A stretch of 64,000 nucleotides of DNA from an archaeon (GTDB lineage Archaea > Methanobacteriota_B > Thermococci > Methanofastidiosales > NM3), in the NCBI GenBank assembly GCA_004212155.1, contig RXIG01000024.1:7853-71852 (forward strand), given 5' to 3'. Under the pieces are notes generated by a model. The model saw only the letters and a list, made by a program, of their open reading frames with translations. It was not told the origin of the DNA and did not search any database. The translations under genes were made by a program, and so were the position numbers. The stretch's first letter is position 1. Every line of letters starts with the position of its first letter. Positions 37,071 to 46,205 of this stretch are shown piece by piece.

Positions 37071-38620
37071 GCAAGCCGGTCGTCGTATGGGTGGAACTTG
37101 CCGCCTGCAGCGGATGCAGCGTCTCGTTCTTGGACAATCACGACTCGGTCGGCCGCATACTCGAAGCCATCGACCTCAGGTACGACACGCTCATTATCGA
37201 CGGACGCGACATACCCGACCATATCGACCTTGCCATCGTCGAGGGCGGGGTCGCGATCACCGACAAGCAAATAGAGCTCGTGCGCTGCATCAGGAGGCGC
37301 TCGGACGTCGTCGTGGCCATGGGCGCGTGTGCCGAGACAGGGGGCGTGCTCAACTACGCCGAGGGCAATCAGATGCCGATGCCCGAGCTTGATGCCTATC
37401 TTCCCCTGCACGACCTGATCGAGGTCGACTACGTGCTGCCCGGATGCCCACCGGCGTCGGAGGCCATCGCCAAGTTCTTCGAGGCGTATCTCGACAAGGA
37501 CTGGGCATACCTTGCACCATACAACACCATCAAGGGGAAGAGCGAGGGGAAGATACGCGACATCGTGAAGATGGGGCTTTGCGTCTCCTGCGGACTGTGC
37601 GGCGCGACGTGCCCGACAAACGCTATACGATTCGTCGAGGGCAAGCCGGTGATACGCGACGAGCGCTGCATCATCTGCGGCGAATGCTACTTCCAGTGCC
37701 CCCGTTCGTTCCTGCGGCTCGAAGAGCGCGACCCCGGCACGCCAAACGGGTCGGTGGGCCCCTATCTCGAGGCATACCAGATGCGCACCACCAGCTCAAC
37801 GCTTCGCCGCGCCGCACAGTCGGGCGGCATCGTCACCACACTGTTCACCTATGCGCTTGACAACAATCTCATCGACGGCGTCATCGCCGCCAAGAAGAGC
37901 GAGGAGAGCGTATGGATGGGCGATCCCTACATCGCGACGACGCCCGAGGAGCTCCTTGCCACCACGGGCACGAAGTATTCGGTCTGCCCGACACTCAACT
38001 ACCTGCGCGATGCGGTGACGACCCACGGCCTGGGGAAGCTTGGCATCGTCGGACTGCCATGCCAGCACGAGGCGCTCAAGAAGCTCGATGACTATCCGCT
38101 CGGACTGCGCCACATATCCGATAAGATCGCGCTCAAGGTCGGCCTCTTCTGCACATCGAACTTCAGGTACAATGCCATGACAAAGATGGTTGAGGAGGTG
38201 GGCGGCGTTCGCCCGGAGGACATACGCAAGATCGACATCGGCGCGGGAAGCTTCAACATCAGCGCCCTCACGGGCGAACTCATCAAGATCCCCCTTGACG
38301 TAGTGCACAACTACGAGCAGGAGTCGTGCAAGATCTGCCCCGACTTCACATCGGAGTATGCCGACATCTCGGTGGGCTCAATCGGCGCCGATGAGCACTG
38401 GTCGACCGTCTTCGTGCGCACGCAGCGGGGCAAGGAGATCCTCGACGGCGCGGTCGAGAACGGCTACATCGATTCGCGTGAGCTGCCGGAAAACGCGCTC
38501 AAGCTCGTCGGAAAGATCGCGGCATCGAAGCGAAAGAAGGGTGCACGATACCTTGCAACGAGGAAGGACTACGGCCTGCTCATCCCGTTCAGGTATGTCG
38601 AGACCGATAGTTCAACATGA
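37067..38620 (+). CDS. Fused hydrogenase small subunit (FrhG-like, with 2x[4Fe-4S] ferredoxin segment) and FrhB-family F420/FAD subunit
   Basis: N-terminus VWVELAACSGCSVSFLD. CVSCGLCGATCP and CIICGECYFQCP. Then FrhB-type QSGGIVTTL..IDGVI, TKYSVCP, VGLPCQ, GLFCTSNF, CKICPDFTSEYADISVGS. Single uninterrupted 517-codon ORF. ATGA overlap with frhD. Confidence 0.75.
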   Translation: MSKPVVVWVELAACSGCSVSFLDNHDSVGRILEAIDLRYDTLIIDGRDIPDHIDLAIVEGGVAITDKQIELVRCIRRRSDVVVAMGACAETGGVLNYAEGNQMPMPELDAYLPLHDLIEVDYVLPGCPPASEAIAKFFEAYLDKDWAYLAPYNTIKGKSEGKIRDIVKMGLCVSCGLCGATCPTNAIRFVEGKPVIRDERCIICGECYFQCPRSFLRLEERDPGTPNGSVGPYLEAYQMRTTSSTLRRAAQSGGIVTTLFTYALDNNLIDGVIAAKKSEESVWMGDPYIATTPEELLATTGTKYSVCPTLNYLRDAVTTHGLGKLGIVGLPCQHEALKKLDDYPLGLRHISDKIALKVGLFCTSNFRYNAMTKMVEEVGGVRPEDIRKIDIGAGSFNISALTGELIKIPLDVVHNYEQESCKICPDFTSEYADISVGSIGADEHWSTVFVRTQRGKEILDGAVENGYIDSRELPENALKLVGKIAASKRKKGARYLATRKDYGLLIPFRYVETDSST

Positions 38621-38692
38621 ATGTCGATAAGCGCTACGACAGATGGCATAACTATATATAGATGTCAATCATAGGAAAATAGGGGAAGGGTT

Positions 38693-39223
38693 TTGAATAA
38701 CATATGGGGGAGTTCGTACAAGGAGCTTGTCCTGAAGGAGCTGCGTAACAACTGCCGGCGGAGCGACAGGGACATATCGAAGGCGATCAAGGTCCATCCG
38801 TCCACTGTCGGCCGCATACGCAACACGCTCGAGGAAGAGGGCAAGATATTCGGTTACACTGTATGCCGCGACTACTTGAAGGCAAACTACAACATGATGT
38901 TGATCTGCCTCAAGACATCGACCGTCGATGAGGCGTTCTATCACAAGATACGCGACATCCTCGAGCAGAGCGAACCCGACATCGGCGAGCGCGAGCCTGA
39001 CACCACCAAGGAGATCATACTCATCGACTTTTACGAATGCGTCGGGAAGTACGACTTCATGCTCACCGTCGCATCGAAAGAGGCGCTCTCGCTCAAGCGG
39101 TTCATCAACGAGATGAAGCGCCAGCTCGATGGATGGCTCGAGGCGGATATCGAACTTATCAACATCGCGTCGATCTTCAAGAAGAACGAGATACTCAATC
39201 CGTACAAGGTCTCGACACGCTAG
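38693..39223 (+). CDS. Lrp/AsnC-like transcriptional regulator
   Basis: HTH NCRRSDRDISKAIKVHPSTVGRIRNTLEEEG followed by an alpha/beta effector-like domain. TTG start just downstream of TATA-like CTATATATAG. Confidence 0.55.
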   Translation: MNNIWGSSYKELVLKELRNNCRRSDRDISKAIKVHPSTVGRIRNTLEEEGKIFGYTVCRDYLKANYNMMLICLKTSTVDEAFYHKIRDILEQSEPDIGEREPDTTKEIILIDFYECVGKYDFMLTVASKEALSLKRFINEMKRQLDGWLEADIELINIASIFKKNEILNPYKVSTR

Positions 39224-39228
39224 GAAGG

Positions 39229-39465
39229 ATGCACATGGACTACAGGCTGATCTTTACGTTCCTATGGATAATTTTCATCTTGCTGTTTTCAAGCCTTGCC
39301 ATGAGGAGTGGCAGGCAGTACCAACGAACGGGCAGATGGGGGTGGCTTCATCCTCCGAGCTCGCTTTCGCATATGTACAAGGAGATCGCGCAGTACTTCG
39401 TTTGGTTTGGGTTCGTTGCGCCGCTGCTTGTTATCATCCTGCTCGCCGTCATCACGTACGGTTGA
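39229..39465 (+). CDS. Small membrane protein, unknown function
   Basis: 78 aa, two TM helices. AGGAAGG upstream of ATG 39229. Confidence 0.4.
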   Translation: MHMDYRLIFTFLWIIFILLFSSLAMRSGRQYQRTGRWGWLHPPSSLSHMYKEIAQYFVWFGFVAPLLVIILLAVITYG

Positions 39466-39501
39466 CGGTGCATGGAGATAGATAAAAAAAGAGGGAAATG
39501 G

Positions 39502-40083
39502 CTAAGTGCCGTCCCCGATTTTTGATGCCAAAGCGACGATACGCTTGCCAAGCGCATACGCTTCTTCGATCGATTCCACATTCTCTGCAGCCTCGCCCAT
39601 CTCGTCCGCATAGACCATGAGCCCGAGGCCGGGTATGCCGCCGATACTGGTCAGCACCGCCTTGTTGGTAAGGAGAAATCCGCTGATAGAGGCGAGCGTG
39701 GGGAAGTGTCCCCACTTCCAGGCGACCGCCACGGCCGCGCCGACCTTTCCGTCAAACGTCTTTTCCTGATGCCAGAGCACGCGCTCGCGGTCGATGAGCG
39801 CCTTGAGCGGCGCCGCGATGTTGCCGAAGTAGACGGGCGAACCGATGACTATCCCGTCCGCGTCCATCATCTTGTCGAAAATGAGCTCGGCATCATCATC
39901 GTAGGTGCACTCCTTGTGCTCGGCGCAGTACTCGCATGCCTTGCATGGATGCACCGTCTTGTTGGCCATTGGGAGGAACTCTGTCGAGGCCCCCGATTCC
40001 TTTGCCGACTTCAAGACCTCCTTGATGATGAAGTCGGTGTTTCCGCCAGATCTGGGACTTGCGGATATGCCAAGTATATGCAT
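39502..40083 (-). CDS. Iron-sulfur flavoprotein (Isf) / NADPH-dependent FMN reductase family
   Basis: ILGISASPRSGGNT flavodoxin-like start. Compact cysteine motif CKACEYCAEHKEC (Cx2Cx2Cx5C). Confidence 0.8.
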   Translation of the reverse strand: MHILGISASPRSGGNTDFIIKEVLKSAKESGASTEFLPMANKTVHPCKACEYCAEHKECTYDDDAELIFDKMMDADGIVIGSPVYFGNIAAPLKALIDRERVLWHQEKTFDGKVGAAVAVAWKWGHFPTLASISGFLLTNKAVLTSIGGIPGLGLMVYADEMGEAAENVESIEEAYALGKRIVALASKIGDGT

Positions 40084-40342
40084 ATCATCACCACGAATTA
40101 TTGTTTTTTTTTAGTATAAATAATTAACTAATAATTGTTTAAATCAATAAATAAAAAATAAAACAAATTCATATTAAATTAGTACAAAATAATGAAACTT
40201 TAATTTAAAATAAAATAATATTAATATCATTAAAATAAATAATTTAAATATTCTTAAATAAAATAATCAAATAAGTAATATAAAGATTCTTAATGAGTAA
40301 AGAACAATAAATTAATATATAATGAAGTTATAGGTAGATACC

Positions 40343-40777
40343 ATGAATCACTATGCGATCGGGAAGGTCATCGACAATACGCTGTACCTTCCAAAGGACG
40401 TCCTCTCCATGATGGGGATCAACAAAGACGCTTATGTGCTTATCGAGGTTGACCGCCATGACAAGGAGGCGGTGGTGACGAGAATTGGCTCTGCCGACAC
40501 CGAGCTCGTGGAGATGAATCTTATCCTGAAGAACATGCCCGGCACGAACGCCAAGATAGACACGGTCCTTGGCGACGGTAACATCAACATCCTCTTCGGC
40601 GAGGGTGAGGCCATAGACGACGAAACCTATATCTCGATCAAGATGCTTGACATGAAGAGGTCGGACATGACGATCTCCGAACTCTGCACGAAGCTACGCG
40701 AGACGGGGGTCGTCTACGAGGTAGAGCTCAAACCGCTGGACAAGGCGAGCGCATGCCATCACGTCGAAGATTTCTAA
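40343..40777 (+). CDS. AbrB/SpoVT-like + ACT-like domain protein
   Basis: N-terminus GKVIDNTLYLPKDVL. C-terminal half has an ACT-like beta-alpha-beta pattern. First gene of an operon with the CBS protein and antiporter. Confidence 0.45.
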   Translation: MNHYAIGKVIDNTLYLPKDVLSMMGINKDAYVLIEVDRHDKEAVVTRIGSADTELVEMNLILKNMPGTNAKIDTVLGDGNINILFGEGEAIDDETYISIKMLDMKRSDMTISELCTKLRETGVVYEVELKPLDKASACHHVEDF

Positions 40778-41274
40778 GGGACGAGCTCGAGGGCCTCAAG
40801 GAGAAGCTCTCCACCGAGCACGACGGCTGGCAGGAACTCAGGTTTCCCCGCAAGATGCAGGCACGGGAGATCATGGAGGAGCCACATCTCATCGATGACG
40901 ACGCGACCATCAAGGATCTCCTCTACAAGATGAAGCTGCTCAATGCCACGAACTTCATCGTCGTCGACGACGACGAGAAGGTACGGGGCATCGTCACCGA
41001 GAGCGATTTCCTCAAGATCGTTTCGCGCCCCTCGCTTCCCTCGGGCATAGGCGGCGCCCATTCGGCCGACCTCTTCTTCCGCGCCTCTGAGGTGGTGCGC
41101 GACATCATGACCGAAGACCCCATCACAGTGCGCGAAGATGATTCCCTCGAAGAGGTAACGACGACGATGCGCAAGTTCAAGATCAGCCACGTGCCGGTGG
41201 TCGACAAGACTGAAAAGGTCTTGGGCATCATCAGCACAAAGGATGTCCTTACCGTACTGCGGCTACTCGGGTGA
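40753..41274 (+). CDS. CBS-domain pair protein
   Basis: Two CBS repeats (VVDDDEKVRGIVTESDFL; VVDKTEKVLGIISTKDVL). Start uncertain (40753 overlaps the upstream gene by 25 nt). Confidence 0.7.
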   Translation: MPSRRRFLRDELEGLKEKLSTEHDGWQELRFPRKMQAREIMEEPHLIDDDATIKDLLYKMKLLNATNFIVVDDDEKVRGIVTESDFLKIVSRPSLPSGIGGAHSADLFFRASEVVRDIMTEDPITVREDDSLEEVTTTMRKFKISHVPVVDKTEKVLGIISTKDVLTVLRLLG

Positions 41275-41280
41275 AGCGAC

Positions 41281-42417
41281 ATGGACCTCATCCTCGATAT
41301 TGCCATACTGCTGCTGGCAGCAAAGGTCGGCGGAGAACTGACCGAGTATGCTGGATATCCTTCCATCATAGGCGAGCTCGCCGGCGGCATCATCGTTGGC
41401 ACGTCGGTGCTCGGCCTCATAGGTGATACGAGCGCGCTTGAGCGCTTTGCTGACATCGGCATCCTGCTGCTCATGTTCCTGGCAGGCGCAGAGACGAATC
41501 TGCAGGAGCTCACGAAGTCGGCAGGCAGCTCAGTTGCCGTGGCGATATCAGGAGTCGTGTTCCCGTTCATGCTCGGGTATCTTGCTGCCGTCGCGTTCGG
41601 ATACGGGGCATCGGAGGGCATGTTCCTCGGCGCGGCCCTGACGGCGACTTCGGTGAGCATCACTGTGCGCGCCCTGTTTGACATCGAAAAGCTCAATACA
41701 AGTAAGGGCATGACCATCCTTGGTGCAGCGATCATCGACGACGTCATCGGCGTCATCATCTTCACACTTGTAGTCGGACTGGCTGTGCAGGGTGAGCTCT
41801 CGGCGCTCCGCATCATCGAGGTGATAGGGGTAATCATTGCGTTCTTCCTGCTCTCGCACTTCGTGGTGCGCAGAGCCATGCGCCGCCTCTTCAAATATTC
41901 TCGCATGCTCAGGACCGAGGAGGGTACGGAAACGTTCGTCATCGTCTTCGTGCTCCTCTTCGCCCTCGTCGCAGAGGAGGCCTACATCGCAGGCATCACG
42001 GGCAGCTTCCTGGCAGGCATCATGCTAGCGCAGACGCATGACCGAAACACGATCATAGAAAAGACGAAGACGGTCGGCTATGCGTTTTTCATCCCTCTCT
42101 TCTTCGCCTTCGTGGGGAGCCGCGTCGACATCTGGCAAATTCTTGATGTCGGGGCGATAAGTGTGGTGGTGATCGTCTTTGCCATCGTAGGCAAGATGGG
42201 TGGCAGTGCCATCGCATGCAAGGCGATCGGCATGAAGATCAGAGACGGACTCGAGATAGGCATCGGCATGACCCCCCGCATGGAAGTGGCCATCGTCATC
42301 GCGAACGCGGCACTGACAGAGGGCGTCTTCGCGGTGCCACTCTACACGTCAGTCGTGATGATGAGCTTTGCGACGACGCTCATCACGCCGCCGCTCCTCA
42401 AGAAGTTCTTTACGTGA
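41281..42417 (+). CDS. Cation:proton antiporter (CPA2/Kef-NapA type)
   Basis: About 11 TM. GGELTEYAGYPSIIGELAGGII and DDVIGVI motifs. Confidence 0.8.
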   Translation: MDLILDIAILLLAAKVGGELTEYAGYPSIIGELAGGIIVGTSVLGLIGDTSALERFADIGILLLMFLAGAETNLQELTKSAGSSVAVAISGVVFPFMLGYLAAVAFGYGASEGMFLGAALTATSVSITVRALFDIEKLNTSKGMTILGAAIIDDVIGVIIFTLVVGLAVQGELSALRIIEVIGVIIAFFLLSHFVVRRAMRRLFKYSRMLRTEEGTETFVIVFVLLFALVAEEAYIAGITGSFLAGIMLAQTHDRNTIIEKTKTVGYAFFIPLFFAFVGSRVDIWQILDVGAISVVVIVFAIVGKMGGSAIACKAIGMKIRDGLEIGIGMTPRMEVAIVIANAALTEGVFAVPLYTSVVMMSFATTLITPPLLKKFFT

Positions 42418-44110
42418 ACTCCTTCGGGGTGAGCGTGAGCGTGCGAATGTTCTGCACAGGTGTGCCCACGGTGATATCGCATCCCGAGGCAAGAATGAGT
42501 CCCTTGCCGCCCATGTCCTCGATGCATCGGCGCGCCTCGGTGCGTACCTTGTCGGGGGACGACATGTAGAGCGTCTCGAGTGCCGATACGTTGCCGATGA
42601 TAGCGAAGCGGTCGCCAAGCATCCGTCTCGCGAACGAGAGGTCGACATGCGAGTCGATGCTCACGGCATCGGTGTTGAGGCCGCGGAACAGGTCAAGCCT
42701 GTCGCTGATGTTTCCGCAGATGTGAAGCGCCGTCTTGTCGTCGCTTCGGTTGAAGTGGCCAAAGACGTCGTTGATGAACGGAAGCGAGAACTCCTCGAAG
42801 ACCTCGGCGGATATGAGGTCGCCCGATGCGACGGGGTCGCAGAAGAGATATGCCTCGATGCCCGCCTCCTGCATGAGACGGGTGAATGAAAGCGTGAGCT
42901 CGGTGCAGTACTTGAGCAGTTTGAACGCAAACGGCCTGTTCACGAAGAGGTCCATGAGGAGATTCTGGGTGCCGCGAAGCTCGGCGGCCAGGGTAAACGG
43001 CATCGCGAGCGTAGCATACGTGAAGCGAGATCCATCATTGAGCTCGTTTATCGCAGTTGCCGCCTCGATGGCCGAACTGATGCGCTCATGCGACTGCAGC
43101 TCGGGCATCTCCAGCGAATCGATGTCCTCCGCGCGCTTGAGCAAAGGCTCGATGGTCACCGGATTACCCTTCGCCTCAATACGCACGTGCCCCCCTGCCG
43201 CTTCGATGGGGGCGAGCCAGTCCCATGCGCACTCGTAGGCGTCAAAGCCGCAGTTACGGACCTCCTTGTACTGGGTCTTTGCGGCTAGTTCTGGATGTGC
43301 GATCGACTGACCCACCGTCATGCCCGCGTGGTGCAGCGCCCAGTAGCCCTGAAAGGGGGGGGCGGTGGACACCATGTCAGGCACATCGCCACGAAGCGTC
43401 ATCATGACGCGCTGGTGGGGCGAGACCTTGCGCTTCTTTCCCTTCAGTGTGGCAGCTCGCTGCTTGACGAGCTCGTGCGAGAGTTCCACGGTCTTGACCG
43501 CGTCGTCGGCGTAGCCGTCTGCGCCGATGGTGCGGGCGAACTCCTCGGTGACGGGGGCCCCGCCCACCATGACCTTGACGTCGTCGCGGCGCTCGAGAAA
43601 GAGGTTGACAACATCGATCATGTTCTCCATGCTCGTCGTCATGAGCGCCGAGACGCCGACGATGTCCGCATCGACCTCGATGGCCTTTTCAAGGAACGTC
43701 TCGGCAGGCGTGTCGACGCCGAGATCATAGACCTTGAACCCACCCAGCTCAAGCAGCATCTTGACCATGTTCTTTCCGATATCGTGGAAATCGCCCGTGG
43801 TCACGCCGAGCACGACGGTGCCCTCGTTGTGGGAGTTGTTGTTCTGCGAAAGATAAGAATGAAGGATATCAATGGCCGCGTTTGCGGCGCGAGAAGAGAG
43901 CAGGACCTCGGGGATGAAGATCTTTCGCTGTTCGAACAGCTCGCCGAGCACCTGCATTGTGTCATGACAGGCAAACGAGAGGGCCTTGCGCACGTCGACG
44001 TCATGCTCGATGACCTGTCGGGCGGCATCTACCGCACCGTCAACATCGCCGTGGATGATGCTCCTGCACAGAGCACCCAGGATCTCGTCGTCCCGTTTCA
44101 TCATGGTCAC
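42410..44110 (-). CDS. Fusion protein: corrinoid-binding module + URO-D-family (MtaA-like) methyltransferase domain
   Basis: N-terminal B12 cap helix domain and GDFHDIGKN...SALMTT...GGAP. C-terminal about 350 aa with PPFQGYWAL, LHICGN and ASGCDI. Architecture as in MtsD/F/H-type fusions. Confidence 0.8.
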   Translation of the reverse strand: MTMMKRDDEILGALCRSIIHGDVDGAVDAARQVIEHDVDVRKALSFACHDTMQVLGELFEQRKIFIPEVLLSSRAANAAIDILHSYLSQNNNSHNEGTVVLGVTTGDFHDIGKNMVKMLLELGGFKVYDLGVDTPAETFLEKAIEVDADIVGVSALMTTSMENMIDVVNLFLERRDDVKVMVGGAPVTEEFARTIGADGYADDAVKTVELSHELVKQRAATLKGKKRKVSPHQRVMMTLRGDVPDMVSTAPPFQGYWALHHAGMTVGQSIAHPELAAKTQYKEVRNCGFDAYECAWDWLAPIEAAGGHVRIEAKGNPVTIEPLLKRAEDIDSLEMPELQSHERISSAIEAATAINELNDGSRFTYATLAMPFTLAAELRGTQNLLMDLFVNRPFAFKLLKYCTELTLSFTRLMQEAGIEAYLFCDPVASGDLISAEVFEEFSLPFINDVFGHFNRSDDKTALHICGNISDRLDLFRGLNTDAVSIDSHVDLSFARRMLGDRFAIIGNVSALETLYMSSPDKVRTEARRCIEDMGGKGLILASGCDITVGTPVQNIRTLTLTPKEFT

Positions 44111-44158
44111 AGCTTCTTGTTTATACCAACTCCTTAAAAAGGTAATTCAGGATAGAGC

Positions 44159-45172
44159 TCAAAGTCCGTGCGCATACGACGTGTAGGCGCGTATGTTGTC
44201 AAGCGGCGTCTTGGGCGATATGCCGCAGCCCGGGGCGAGGATGTCCGCGCCCTTCTCGATGCATGAGCGCGCCTCGTCGACCACGCGCCGAGCGTCGCCG
44301 AAGAGGAGCGTGTCGATGGGATTGATGTTTCCCACGAGCGCAGCGGAGCGGACCTTCTCGCGCGCAACAGCCATGTCAACGAGGTGGTCAATCGATATGC
44401 CCTTGGCACCGATGCGCTGCATATCATCAAGTATCTCAGTGGTGTCCCCGCAGATGTGGAGCACCACCGGCACGTCGAGCGAATCGATGACGGCATGCAG
44501 CTGTGGTCCTGCAAGCGAGGCGAACATCTCGGGTCCGATGAGCTCGGTTGTCGCCGAAGGATCGATGAGCGTGATGACATCTGCCCCGTTGGCCACGAGG
44601 TGGCGGGCGTATGCGACGCACACGTCGGTGGTGAACGCGAGCACGCGTTCGAGGAAGTCGTAATCATCGAACGAGTCGATGAGGAGCGTCTCGATGCCGC
44701 GTATCTGCCCGGCCAGTGTGAACGGCCCGACCACTCCGCCGATGACGGGAAGCCCATGCCGGTCCGCGCGTTCCGAGAGCAAGCCAAGCGCCGTTGCCAC
44801 CACGGGCATGCGCCCTGTCTTGGAGGGATCGGGAACCGAGAGCGAGTCGAGCGCATCCTTGTCAGCGAGCACGGGGCGTTCCACCGAAGGCTGCGACGTG
44901 TCTGCGCCGCTGTGGATCGAGCATCCCAGCGCCTCCGCCTCCACGGTGAGGCAAAACGGAACGCGCACGCTCTCGATGTCGGCACACTTCCATGCTGCGT
45001 AGGCGAGGTCCGCCATCTTCTTCGCATCGTAGTGCGCATCGGGCCAGCGAGCACCGCTTCGCTCCATCATCTCGAGCGTCGCCGTCTGGAGCGGACATGC
45101 GCACGATGGGCGGTCTGCCGGTTCGCCGTCGAGTATGGCAAGCAGCCGTTCGCGGGAGGAGAGCTCGGGCAT
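44159..45172 (-). CDS. Methylcobamide:CoM methyltransferase-like (MtaA/MtbA family, URO-D fold)
   Basis: SSRERLLAILDGEPADRP, ARWPDAHYDAKKMADLA, Zn-ligand context LHICGDT and APGCGI. ATG 45172 lies 4 nt after the upstream stop. Confidence 0.75.
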   Translation of the reverse strand: MPELSSRERLLAILDGEPADRPSCACPLQTATLEMMERSGARWPDAHYDAKKMADLAYAAWKCADIESVRVPFCLTVEAEALGCSIHSGADTSQPSVERPVLADKDALDSLSVPDPSKTGRMPVVATALGLLSERADRHGLPVIGGVVGPFTLAGQIRGIETLLIDSFDDYDFLERVLAFTTDVCVAYARHLVANGADVITLIDPSATTELIGPEMFASLAGPQLHAVIDSLDVPVVLHICGDTTEILDDMQRIGAKGISIDHLVDMAVAREKVRSAALVGNINPIDTLLFGDARRVVDEARSCIEKGADILAPGCGISPKTPLDNIRAYTSYAHGL

Positions 45173-45176
45173 GGTA

Positions 45177-46205
45177 TCACTTCCGCGCGACGACCGTCTT
45201 GAGCGCCTCGACGTTATCCATCGGACTTCCCGGTGCGATATCGCATCCAGCACCCAGCACGAACGCCTTGCCGTCGGTCTTTTGTATGCACGCCTGCGCC
45301 TCGCGCACGACCTGTTCGGCCGTCCCGTTAAAGAGCGTCTCTGCGGGATTCACGTTGCCAAGCAGCGTGGGCGAGTCTCCAAGCGTCTCCTTCGCATAGG
45401 CGAGGTCGACGAGGAAGTCGAGCGAGAAGACGTCAATGTCGAGCTCGCCGATGGTATCGAGCCTGTCGGACGTGTTGCCGCAGATGTGAAGGAGCACGTA
45501 GGCGTCGGCATCGCGAATGGCCTTGATGGGTGCCTTGAGATAGTGTTTCGAGAACGTCTCGAAGTCCTCTTTTGATATAAGGTCCGCCGAAGCGGTGGGA
45601 TCGCAAAGAATGACGCCGTCAACACCCCAGCTCGTGAGATATTCGCTGTAGCGCACGACGACGTCCTCTGCAAACGAGAGCATGTCGTGGACGAAGTCAG
45701 GCTCGTCGTACATGTCAAGCATGAGATTCTCGACGCCGCGAAGCTCGCCTACGAGCGTGAACGGCGATACGAGCGTCGTGTAAAGGAACTTGTCGCTTCC
45801 CAGCTTGTTCCTGATGATGCTTGTCGTGTGCATTGCGCTCTGAAGGCGGTAGTCCTTCTCAGGATCGGGGACCTCGAGTGAGTCGAGAACTGAGGGTGAG
45901 GTAACGACATGAGTTGCCGTGCTTGGGTTCCCGACATCCGGCATGTCCACCGTGCAGCCCACAGCCTCCACAGGGGCGAGCCAGTCCCACATCGTCTCGA
46001 AGCCGTCAAAGGCGCAGCGCTCCACCGCTTTGAGCTGGGCCGAAGCGGCAAGCTGCGGCTTGTCGATCGACGTCCTGACGGGGACGCCGGCCTGCTGCAG
46101 CGCCCAGTAGCCCTGAAAGGGGGGCCCGATGGGCACCCTGTCGACGGGCTCGCCGTTGATGGCAGCCACGAATCTGTCGCGAGATGAGTGCGACACCATT
46201 GTCAT
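45177..46205 (-). CDS. URO-D-family methyltransferase, paralogue of the fusion C-domain (candidate substrate:corrinoid MT1)
   Basis: PPFQGYWAL, WDWLAPVEA, LHICGN and GAGCDI. About 50% identical by eye to residues ~230-566 of the 42410-44110 product. Confidence 0.7.
   Translation of the reverse strand: MTMVSHSSRDRFVAAINGEPVDRVPIGPPFQGYWALQQAGVPVRTSIDKPQLAASAQLKAVERCAFDGFETMWDWLAPVEAVGCTVDMPDVGNPSTATHVVTSPSVLDSLEVPDPEKDYRLQSAMHTTSIIRNKLGSDKFLYTTLVSPFTLVGELRGVENLMLDMYDEPDFVHDMLSFAEDVVVRYSEYLTSWGVDGVILCDPTASADLISKEDFETFSKHYLKAPIKAIRDADAYVLLHICGNTSDRLDTIGELDIDVFSLDFLVDLAYAKETLGDSPTLLGNVNPAETLFNGTAEQVVREAQACIQKTDGKAFVLGAGCDIAPGSPMDNVEALKTVVARK

Noticed and set aside
40923-41942. 339-aa antisense ORF across the CBS and antiporter genes
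   Set aside because: It is Ser/Met/Thr-rich low-complexity sequence spanning two real genes and their spacer on the opposite strand.
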